Shown here: positions 27,937 to 37,756 of the stretch, in pieces
Layout of the letters: every line of letters starts with the position of its first letter
How positions within the stretch are numbered: the stretch's first letter is position 1
The notes under the pieces: generated by a model
What the model was told of the DNA's origin: nothing
Databases searched by the model: none
Seen by the model: only the letters and a program-made list of their open reading frames with translations
Translations under genes and position numbers: made by a program
NCBI GenBank assembly: GCA_963932905.1
Contig: CAWVRN010000001.1
Coordinates: 224,001 to 288,000 of the forward strand
DNA: 64,000 nt
From: an uncultured Bdellovibrio sp.
GTDB lineage: Bacteria; Bdellovibrionota; Bdellovibrionia; Bdellovibrionales; Bdellovibrionaceae
Direction: 5' to 3'

Positions 27937-29378
27937 TGGCTTACGAAATTCGCGGCTTTGAAGCCACTATTGGTATTGAAATCCATGTTCAGCTAAACAC
28001 TAAGAGCAAAATATTTTCTTCTGACGGAACTGAATTTTCAGCCGGCGATAACGAAAATATTTCGACAGTCAGCGCGGGGCTTCCCGGCTCGCTACCCGTT
28101 TTAAACAAGAAGGTCGTAGACTTAGCGATTAAAACAGGTTTGGCTTTAGGATGTAATATTCGCCAAAAATCTATTTTTGCGCGCAAAAATTATTTCTATC
28201 CTGATTTACCTAAAGGTTATCAGATTTCCCAATACGAAGAGCCGATCTGCGAGCATGGTTCGATCATGCTTAAAATGCCTGATTATGAAAAGAAAATCAG
28301 CATTACACGCGCGCATTTGGAAGAAGATGCGGGTAAGTCCACACATCATGGGGACGTGACCCTTCTTAACTACAATCGTGCGGGTGTGCCGTTACTTGAA
28401 ATCGTATCTGGTCCTGATTTAAGTTCGCCTCAAGAGGCCGCCGAATATGGTAAAATCATGCGCCAGATTGTTCGCTACCTTGATGTGTGTGATGGAAACC
28501 TAGAAGAAGGATCTTTGCGCTGTGATTGTAACGTCAGCGTAAAGCGTATCGGCGAAAAAAAATTAGGAACCAAAGTTGAATTAAAAAATATCAATTCCTT
28601 CCGCTTTATTGAAAAGGCTGTCGAATATGAAATCGATCGCCAGATTGATGCGGTCGAAAGAAACGAGAAGATCATTCAAGAAACTCGTTTGTATGATTCG
28701 GACAAAAACAGAACGTATTCCATGCGCGTAAAAGAAGATGCGCAAGACTATCGCTATTTCCCTGATCCTGATCTGCTACCGATCATTATTCCAGATAAAC
28801 AAATTGCCGATATCAAAGCCACTCTTCCTGAATTGCCACAGGCTCGCCAAGCTCGTTTCGTGAGTCAAATGGGCCTGCCGGCATATGATGCCGACGTGTT
28901 AACGGAAGAAAAAGACATCGCTGATTTCTTTGAATCTGTGGCGAAAGCTTGTAACAATCCCAAAGCAGCCTCAAACTGGATTATGACGGAAGTGATGCGC
29001 GAAATGAAAGAATCGCACATAACGATCGGACAATCAAAAATGACGCCGGCTTTATTAGCAGAGCTAATCACATTGATCGACAAACAAGTAATCTCGGGAA
29101 AAATTGCGAAGACTATTTTCCCGGATATTTGGCAGACAGGTAAAAATCCACAAAAATTAGTGGATGAAAAAGGTCTGGGTCAAATTAGTGATGATTCGGT
29201 GATTGAAAAAATAATCGATGGCGTTTTAAAAGATAATGAAAAGAACGTGGCGGAATATCGTTCAGGGAAAACAAAAGTTTTTGGATTCTTCGTGGGTCAG
29301 ATCATGAAATTATCTAAAGGCCAGGCTAATCCTGATAAAGTAAATGAAATCTTGAAAAAGAAATTGGAACAAGGATGA
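27936..29378 (+). CDS. gatB: Asp/Glu-tRNA amidotransferase subunit B
   Basis: IGIEIHVQL, RKNYFYPDLPKGYQISQ, EEDAGK, YRYFPDPDL. Confidence 0.98.
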   Translation: MAYEIRGFEATIGIEIHVQLNTKSKIFSSDGTEFSAGDNENISTVSAGLPGSLPVLNKKVVDLAIKTGLALGCNIRQKSIFARKNYFYPDLPKGYQISQYEEPICEHGSIMLKMPDYEKKISITRAHLEEDAGKSTHHGDVTLLNYNRAGVPLLEIVSGPDLSSPQEAAEYGKIMRQIVRYLDVCDGNLEEGSLRCDCNVSVKRIGEKKLGTKVELKNINSFRFIEKAVEYEIDRQIDAVERNEKIIQETRLYDSDKNRTYSMRVKEDAQDYRYFPDPDLLPIIIPDKQIADIKATLPELPQARQARFVSQMGLPAYDADVLTEEKDIADFFESVAKACNNPKAASNWIMTEVMREMKESHITIGQSKMTPALLAELITLIDKQVISGKIAKTIFPDIWQTGKNPQKLVDEKGLGQISDDSVIEKIIDGVLKDNEKNVAEYRSGKTKVFGFFVGQIMKLSKGQANPDKVNEILKKKLEQG

Positions 29379-30301
29379 GCCGCAAGATAGCCACGATCGA
29401 CATTGGATCGAATTCGTTTTTGTTGTTGTTATGTCATGCGAATGAAAATGGAATCACATCGATTGAAAAAGATGTCGTAGAGATCGTTCGTCTTGGGCAA
29501 GGCCTTGCAACCAATAAAAAATTTCTGCCGGAAGCATTGCTGCGGGCAGAAACTACGTTGAAAAAGTTTAAAGCCATGATCGATGATTTTCGACCAGATG
29601 TTATCCTGCCTAAGGCAACTGCGGCTGCTCGTATCGCTGAAAATCGCCAAGATTTGCTAAATATTGGAAAGAAGCTTGGTCTGGATATCGAAACGATTCC
29701 GGGCGAACAAGAAGCCAAAGTGACCTATCAAGGTGTCTTTTGGGGTCAGAAGACCGACGAATCTGGATATAACCTATTAATAGATATCGGCGGGGGCTCA
29801 ACGGAACTGATCGTCGGTAAAGGGTCTCGAATTGAATACAGTATTAGCATTCCTTTTGGTGCTGTACTGTTAACGGAGAAGCTAATTAAAAATCATCCTG
29901 TCACATTAGATGATGAAAAAGCTTTACTCGAAGTTATTGAATCCGGAATTGCGCCCGCGATTAAAGCTATTTCTAAATTTCCAATTAAAACGGTACTGGC
30001 GGTTGCAGGAACACCGACGACTTTGGCCCAAATTATTTTGGGTGGATACGACGATAAAAAAATTAACGGGTATTCTTTAGCATCAGAAAAATTGTTGGAT
30101 CTAGAGAACAATTTAAAAATCAGGTCGGTCGAGCAGCGAATTCAGGAACTAGGCGTTCCTAAAGGCCGTGCGGATATATTATATTCCGGCGCCCTGTTGC
30201 TTAGAAAAATAATTGAAGCCGTCAATTTGAAATCCGTGACAGTTTCCACACGCGGTGTTCGTCACGGCATCGTCGCAGACTATTTTTTAAGTCGGCATTA
30301 A
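29375..30301 (+). CDS. ppx: Ppx/GppA family phosphatase (exopolyphosphatase)
   Basis: IDIGSNS, VRLG, ATAAAR, EA, DIGGGSTE, RAD, GVRHG. Confidence 0.9.
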   Translation: MSRKIATIDIGSNSFLLLLCHANENGITSIEKDVVEIVRLGQGLATNKKFLPEALLRAETTLKKFKAMIDDFRPDVILPKATAAARIAENRQDLLNIGKKLGLDIETIPGEQEAKVTYQGVFWGQKTDESGYNLLIDIGGGSTELIVGKGSRIEYSISIPFGAVLLTEKLIKNHPVTLDDEKALLEVIESGIAPAIKAISKFPIKTVLAVAGTPTTLAQIILGGYDDKKINGYSLASEKLLDLENNLKIRSVEQRIQELGVPKGRADILYSGALLLRKIIEAVNLKSVTVSTRGVRHGIVADYFLSRH

Positions 30302-30317
30302 AAAGAAAGGTATACGC

Positions 30318-30773
30318 ATGAAATTTCTTTCGTCATTAATAGTTGTGTTTTTAGTATGCTTATCGATACAAAGTTTCGCAGATGGTCCCAAGTTTAAAAA
30401 AGGGACTATTCAAATCAACTCAAAAACTATCAAAGCAGAATTTGCTATTTCAGATGCCGAACAACAACACGGGTTAATGAATCGGACGGAAATCCCAGAT
30501 GATTTTGGGATGTTGTTTGTATTTGAAGACGAGGACTATAGATCATTCTGGATGAAAAACACATTTGTTAATTTATCAATCGCCTACATCGGTGCGAATA
30601 AGAAAATTTTAGAAATTATCGATATGGAAGCTTCAAAAAGTTCCTTAGATGCCAATCCCAAAACGTACCCAAGCAGTGCCAAAGCGAAGTATGCTCTTGA
30701 GGTAAAACAGGGTTGGTTTGCTAAGAACAAGATAAAAGTCGGTGATTCAATTAAGAAGATCAACATCAAATAG
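30318..30773 (+). CDS. DUF192 domain protein
   Basis: GLMNR, GMLFVF, FWMKNT, ALEV motifs; signal peptide. Confidence 0.9.
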   Translation: MKFLSSLIVVFLVCLSIQSFADGPKFKKGTIQINSKTIKAEFAISDAEQQHGLMNRTEIPDDFGMLFVFEDEDYRSFWMKNTFVNLSIAYIGANKKILEIIDMEASKSSLDANPKTYPSSAKAKYALEVKQGWFAKNKIKVGDSIKKINIK

Positions 30774-30883
30774 CTCAACAAAGTAGCTGGTTTAGCTGAT
30801 CTTTAGCACAGATTTCCTGGTCCGAAGAATTGATTCTAGGCTGTAAGTCTAGAAAGAAAAAAATTTCTGGAGTCCTGTACCTA

Positions 30884-30911
30884 TAAAAGAATTGATTGTC
30901 TATGCCGATGT
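30884..30911 (+). promoter_or_regulatory. Candidate sigma-28 (FliA)-type promoter
   Basis: TAAA-N16-GCCGATGT about 57 bp upstream of the LysM gene start. Confidence 0.45.
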
Positions 30912-30967
30912 GCTTAAATAAAAAGTGAAACTTTAAAGAAAACGTTGGTTTCGAATATAGATCAAGG

Positions 30968-32416
30968 ATGAAATATATGAAAAAAATATTATTGATTCTC
31001 CTAGCTTCCACTGCACTTGTGATTTCGAGTGTTCGATGTACATCAAGTGACACTAGCGGAGAAACAGGTGACCAAATTGCCTCTGAAGGTGGCGAAAACC
31101 CAGAGTCAGTCTCTCCTGAAGCTTCGGTTGGAGATGCAACTGGTGAAGTCGGCTCAGCTGAAACTTTATCAGAAGGGAATCTAGCAGATCCGAATCTAGC
31201 AGATCCGAATGCAGCAACTGATCCGTCTCTGGATCCAAATGCAGTAGCCGGCGGGACAGACACAGCTCAAGTCACCGATCCAAACCAACAAGCTTTGGAC
31301 GCTAACGGAAATCCAGTTGATCCAGGTTTACAAACTCAGTCAACGCCTCCTGCTGAAACTCAGCCAGCGCCAACAGCTACAGATACTTTAGCGACCAACC
31401 CACCTACTGAAACAGTCCCAGCGCCAGCCGTAACTGAAACAGCTCCGGTAGTTGCGGAAGTTCCAAAAGCTCCGCCGCCTCCAGAATATCAAAAAATGAA
31501 AACTGAGCCTTGGAAGTCTGCTGACGGTAAAAATTTAAATACAGTATATTTCGCTCGTAAAGGTGACACAGTAAAATCAATCTCTGAAAAATTATTCGGA
31601 GATGCAACTCATGTAAAAGAACTTAAGAAAAATAATCCGGTTCTAAAAAACAGAGAAGCTAAAGTTGGCGATAAAATTTACTACACGTCGACAACTCGTC
31701 CAGATGATAGCTCTAAGATCATTACATACTACGAAGACAAAGGGATCCAGCCTCAAGTTTATACGGCTAAAGAAGGCGATAAAGTTAAGAACGTAGCGAA
31801 AGAGCTTTTAGGCTCATCCGATGGTTGGAAAGAACTTTACGGTTCTAATTCATTTGAATCTAGAAAAACATTGGATCCTGGCACGGAAGTTAAGTATTGG
31901 AAAGACGATGCAGAGGCAGCAGCCCCTGCAGTAGCTAAAAACGATTTACCTCCTCCGCCACCGGCAGAGACAGCTCCGCCACCGCCAGTGGAAACAGCGG
32001 CAACACCGCCACCTCCACCGCCGGACATGGGAACTCCTCCGCCACCTCCACCGGATATGGCAGAAACTCCACCGCCGCCACCGCCGGACATGGGAACTCC
32101 TCCGCCACCTCCACCGGATATGGCAGGAACTCCACCGCCGCCACCGCCAGACATGGGAACTCCGCCACCTCCACCGGATATGGCAGGAACCCCTCCACCT
32201 CCACCACCAGATATGCAGGGTGCTGCGGGAACTACGAAAGACCCAGCGAGTGAACAGGGTGATGCTTCAACAATTGCGGGAATGGACCAAGAAACAATCA
32301 TGATCGTGGGTATTGGTGCCGCAGCGTTGTTACTAGCAGTTATTTTCATTGTGAAGAGAAAAAACAAACAAAGACAAGAGTTTGAACAAGCAATGAACGA
32401 AACACAAGTAGGTTAA
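30968..32416 (+). CDS. LysM-domain, proline-rich envelope protein with a C-terminal TM anchor
   Basis: Leader ending in Cys; acidic disordered region; two LysM-like units (YFARKGDTVKSISEKLFGD, YTAKEGDKVKNVAKELLGS); PPPPPPDM repeats; TM followed by KRKNK. Confidence 0.85.
   Translation: MKYMKKILLILLASTALVISSVRCTSSDTSGETGDQIASEGGENPESVSPEASVGDATGEVGSAETLSEGNLADPNLADPNAATDPSLDPNAVAGGTDTAQVTDPNQQALDANGNPVDPGLQTQSTPPAETQPAPTATDTLATNPPTETVPAPAVTETAPVVAEVPKAPPPPEYQKMKTEPWKSADGKNLNTVYFARKGDTVKSISEKLFGDATHVKELKKNNPVLKNREAKVGDKIYYTSTTRPDDSSKIITYYEDKGIQPQVYTAKEGDKVKNVAKELLGSSDGWKELYGSNSFESRKTLDPGTEVKYWKDDAEAAAPAVAKNDLPPPPPAETAPPPPVETAATPPPPPPDMGTPPPPPPDMAETPPPPPPDMGTPPPPPPDMAGTPPPPPPDMGTPPPPPDMAGTPPPPPPDMQGAAGTTKDPASEQGDASTIAGMDQETIMIVGIGAAALLLAVIFIVKRKNKQRQEFEQAMNETQVG
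32006..32217 (+). repeat. Coding tandem repeat encoding seven PPPPP(P)DM units
   Basis: Alternating ...gacatgggaact / ...gatatggcag(a/g)aact units form a ~63-bp higher-order repeat, about 3 copies. Confidence 0.9.
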
Positions 32417-32472
32417 CTCCTACTTGTTCTGACTTTGAAAATATGGGCCTTGAATACTTGGGCGCAAAAATG

Positions 32473-32502
32473 AAAAAGCTTCTGAAAACAGAAGCTTTTT
32501 TT
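32473..32502. terminator. Bidirectional intrinsic terminator
   Basis: aaaaagcttctg-aaaa-cagaagcttttt between the convergent LysM and PilZ genes. Confidence 0.85.
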
Positions 32503-32529
32503 ATTTGTTCTTAATGAAAAGAAAAAGTC

Positions 32530-32898
32530 TTAGCCGACTTTCTTAAGAATTTTGTCTAATACATCACGACGATCAGTTCGTTGAGCTTCAACGAAGTAAA
32601 TAAGATCATCTACGATTTGCACGTCGCGGTTATTAACCGGCATAAATCTTAAACCACAGCCAACAGAATTGGCCCAAACCACAGTAGCTTGAATTTTTCT
32701 TTCACGTCCTGCTACTTCAAAGAAGACCACTAGTTTATCATTTGGTTTTAAAGCAGAAGCCTCACCATGTTCTAAGAATGCGCCAGTTAAGCTAATGTTT
32801 CTTAGATTTCCTTTAGAGTTTTCGCGGGAATAGTTCTTCTTAAAAGAAACAGGAAGTAACAATTGTGTTCTGGGTGCTGGAATGTTGTTTGAATCCAC
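32530..32898 (-). CDS. PilZ-domain protein
   Basis: NISLTGA (D/NxSxxG), VVW, GCGLRF; AAGGAG RBS before GTG; canonical RxxxR is reduced to a single R (APR). Confidence 0.88.
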   Translation of the reverse strand: MDSNNIPAPRTQLLLPVSFKKNYSRENSKGNLRNISLTGAFLEHGEASALKPNDKLVVFFEVAGRERKIQATVVWANSVGCGLRFMPVNNRDVQIVDDLIYFVEAQRTDRRDVLDKILKKVG

Positions 32899-32924
32899 GT
32901 ATTGCTCCTTTATTTACAATTAGA

Positions 32925-32952
32925 TACTCGGAAATTCTGGAGAAAAACTTTA
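32925..32952 (-). promoter_or_regulatory. Candidate sigma-28 (FliA)-type promoter of the PilZ gene
   Basis: Minus strand TAAAGTTT...TCCGAGTA, i.e. TAAA-N16-TCCGAGTA. Confidence 0.45.
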
Positions 32953-33240
32953 CAAAAGTTTCTTAAAACAATTGTGGACAAAGGGTTTCAAGGAAGTTTG
33001 GCTTGTTTGATTTGATTCTCAATGTTGCCAGGACTTTCGTTGTGAAAAACAACAAACGCGCAAATAAAACGAGGACCCAAAGGTGTTCTGCGGGAACCCC
33101 AGACCTATCTAAATCTAGGATCAAATCGTGGCTAAGGCATGTTTTTTAAAAACCCAGTGATTACTGCTGGTTATAAAATTTTAAGATAGACCGAGTTCTC
33201 GTTTTGAGACGATAAATTTAAATGGAATGGGGATTTCGTA

Positions 33241-33268
33241 TTGACAAAAGTCGAGTTTACGTTAAACT
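33241..33268 (+). promoter_or_regulatory. Candidate sigma-70 promoter of rho
   Basis: TTGACA-N16-TAAACT about 165 bp upstream of the rho start. Confidence 0.55.
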
Positions 33269-33434
33269 GAGGGAGTATTTGTTCTAAATACCCTTGGTTT
33301 AAACAACCTCACAATAATTCTCTTAAAGGTTCATTAATAAATTAATTTAAAAATCAATTTAGATAAAAAAATCCTAGAAGAATTTCGTATGTCAGTTGTT
33401 TTATAGCCAGCCAAATAACTATAAGGAGTCGTGT

Positions 33435-35348
<1,914 letters not shown>

Positions 35349-35375
35349 TAAATAATTTAAATAGTTCTAACAAGG

Positions 35376-35406
35376 AAGAGCGGTACAAAATACCGCTCTT
35401 TTTTTT
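35376..35406 (+). terminator. Intrinsic terminator after rho
   Basis: aagagcggta-caaaa-taccgctctt followed by a T run. Confidence 0.85.
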
Positions 35407-35893
35407 ATTTAATCGTCGTAGCTAAAATTGCGACTATTTTTTCTAATCCTGTCCTATCCGAATTGGAAAATCGGTTGAATGATGGTGAATCTAAATCAAA
35501 CACTCCTATTAACTTTCCATCTTTGTTTAATAGTGGAATAACAATTTCAGATTTCGAAGCTGAATCACACACAATGTGACCTGGGAATTTATCGACATCT
35601 TCAACGACTACCGTTTTTAAATCAGTCGCGGCTTTTCCGCATACGCCTCTATTTAGCGGTATATAAATACACGCGGGTTTGCCATGAAATGGGCCCAGTA
35701 CTAGCTGGTTACCGTCGTATAAATAAAAACCCACCCAATTAAGCTCTGGCATTTGATGATAAACTGCCGCTGCGATATTCGCTAAGTTCGGAATTAATTC
35801 GGGTACCATCATACCCCGAATTTCTGATGTCAATTCTTTCCAGAATTTATCGGGATTGTTGTAGTTTAGATTTTTGTTGTTGGTCTCAAACAC
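35405..35893 (-). CDS. GAF-domain protein, free methionine-R-sulfoxide reductase (MsrC/YebR) family
   Basis: NWVGFY, LGPFHGKPAC, GVCG, FPGHIVCD, SEIVIP, DLDS. Confidence 0.9.
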   Translation of the reverse strand: MFETNNKNLNYNNPDKFWKELTSEIRGMMVPELIPNLANIAAAVYHQMPELNWVGFYLYDGNQLVLGPFHGKPACIYIPLNRGVCGKAATDLKTVVVEDVDKFPGHIVCDSASKSEIVIPLLNKDGKLIGVFDLDSPSFNRFSNSDRTGLEKIVAILATTIK

Positions 35894-36455
35894 TTCGTTT
35901 TGTCCTCAGCTTTGAAATAATTTTCCAAAATGGAGACTTCGTAAAAAGAAGTGATAGAGCACAGGCCGTTGTGATGATGTTAAACGGTACTGAAATAACA
36001 TACAAAGGCAGTGCTAGCTGTAGGCCGACTGGAATTTGTTGAAGCATATATTCAAAGGAACCGCCGCCGCCTAAGACGCGTCCTGCGGCCATATCGTGGT
36101 AGGCCCATAACATCGACGCCGGAATCGACGCTAAAAGAATAGAAACGGGAATAACCAGAATTCCAGTTAAAATGTGCAACCACTTTCTTGAGTCGGAAAA
36201 AAACACTTTCCAAGCGGAAGCGATCAAACCAAAACAAATACTCATGATCCACCAATAGGTCGCTGGGTATTCCCAGTGGTAGCTCGGCATTTTATAAAAG
36301 CTGCCGTAAGGCTGATTCCCAAAAGTCGTGAATCCCACAAACGGGAAAGAGGTCGATGAGAAATCAAATTCTATAACTTGAACTAACCAATAACAAAGTT
36401 GGCCTAAGAAAAAACAAGACAGAGTGTAAATTATGAAAGGCTTTAGAAATTTCAT
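35886..36455 (-). CDS. Hypothetical membrane protein
   Basis: 189 aa, about 4 hydrophobic segments, overlaps the GAF gene start. Confidence 0.7.
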   Translation of the reverse strand: MKFLKPFIIYTLSCFFLGQLCYWLVQVIEFDFSSTSFPFVGFTTFGNQPYGSFYKMPSYHWEYPATYWWIMSICFGLIASAWKVFFSDSRKWLHILTGILVIPVSILLASIPASMLWAYHDMAAGRVLGGGGSFEYMLQQIPVGLQLALPLYVISVPFNIITTACALSLLFTKSPFWKIISKLRTKRSV

Positions 36456-36505
36456 CCCTAAGACTTAACCATAGGGATGCTTTTGAAGCAACGTTTCGAA
36501 TGAAA

Positions 36506-37756
36506 CTATTTTCGAGCGTCAATAATACGTTTTAATTTTCCAGTGCGACCATTAGTATCTAAATCCGTCATTTGCACAAACTCGATGGCCAATGGATGAA
36601 TAAGTGTGCCGTCCACCAGTTTTTTAATCATTTCACGTTCTTGATAAATATAGTCTTTGATTTGATTTTGCACGCTTGCCGATGGATTAGCAGCAGCGAT
36701 TCTAATCACTAATTGATCCTTGTTTTCAAAGTGCACTAGACGCAATTGAAATCCTTTTATGTGGATAACATCGTGGAATGTGTTTAATAAGTGATTCATG
36801 TCTTCGTAATAAACGGTTGCAGGACCAACGCGTGCACCTTCGTCCGAGCGGCCCAAAATTTTAAATTTTCTTTGAGATGTCACTGAAGAACTATCAATCC
36901 ACATGGCTTTATCCCCAACAGGATAGCGAATGATCGGCATGAGCGTTCGAGTTAAATTTGTTAAAAACATTTTACCTGGACGATTTGGCTCAGTTATGAC
37001 TTCTAAAGTATCTTCATCCAAAATTTCCATCACTGTGTACTCACTAAAAACACGATGTTCCTGAATATCGCATGTTTCATCTACATAACCCAGCAACCCG
37101 CCATCTACACTGGCATATCCGATGGACTGAATGTGTACTTTAGGAAAAACTTCCCTAACAAAACTAATTTGGTCAGTATACATGCTTTCGCCGCCAAACA
37201 ATATTTTTGTCGGTGGATGGAGCTTGTTTGTCTGTGCATATTCAGAGAGCTTCATCATGCTAGTGGGAACGCCGGCCCAAGTAGTGATTTCGAAAGAATT
37301 AATAGTTTCTACTATGTGGCTAAAATCTGCCCCGCCACTCAATGGAAAATGAACCACGTCTGAATTTGATTTTTCAATCGATTTAGAAATAAACATAAAC
37401 GATGCATACAGATCGCCGGCATAAAACATGTTTGCGATTTTTTCACCAGTTTTAAGGCCACCTTTGAGCATGCCTTCCCCGAAAGCAAACGTGAAAAGTT
37501 CCCATTCACCCAACGAAAAGAAAGAAAATTTTGGACTGCCAGTGGTGCCGCCACTTTTAAAGACAATTCCGCTTGATTGTGGACCTGTTAAAACTTGATT
37601 GCCATTGATCGTGTTAGCTTTCCAAAAAGCCGCACTATCTAAAATAGGTAGCTGAGAAAGCTGCGTAAAAGTTCCTACATCCTTATACAAACTTTTATAA
37701 TAGGGAGATTGTTTGCGAGCAATGTCGACAAGTTCTTCTACGGAATAGGTTTTCAT
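36506..37756 (-). CDS. Phenylacetate-CoA ligase (PaaK)-like adenylate-forming enzyme
   Basis: SGGTTGSPK P-loop, GGE, GYASVD, PIIRYPVGD, GRSD, TGKLKRIID. Confidence 0.88.
   Translation of the reverse strand: MKTYSVEELVDIARKQSPYYKSLYKDVGTFTQLSQLPILDSAAFWKANTINGNQVLTGPQSSGIVFKSGGTTGSPKFSFFSLGEWELFTFAFGEGMLKGGLKTGEKIANMFYAGDLYASFMFISKSIEKSNSDVVHFPLSGGADFSHIVETINSFEITTWAGVPTSMMKLSEYAQTNKLHPPTKILFGGESMYTDQISFVREVFPKVHIQSIGYASVDGGLLGYVDETCDIQEHRVFSEYTVMEILDEDTLEVITEPNRPGKMFLTNLTRTLMPIIRYPVGDKAMWIDSSSVTSQRKFKILGRSDEGARVGPATVYYEDMNHLLNTFHDVIHIKGFQLRLVHFENKDQLVIRIAAANPSASVQNQIKDYIYQEREMIKKLVDGTLIHPLAIEFVQMTDLDTNGRTGKLKRIIDARK

Noticed and set aside
32006..32217. Regular ~30-bp repeats as a possible CRISPR array
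   Set aside because: No unique spacers, in-frame coding repeat, no cas genes
31837..32367. Glycine-rich minus-strand ORFs (176 aa and 90 aa) and ORF 30775..31263
   Set aside because: Antisense shadows of the proline-rich, low-complexity LysM gene
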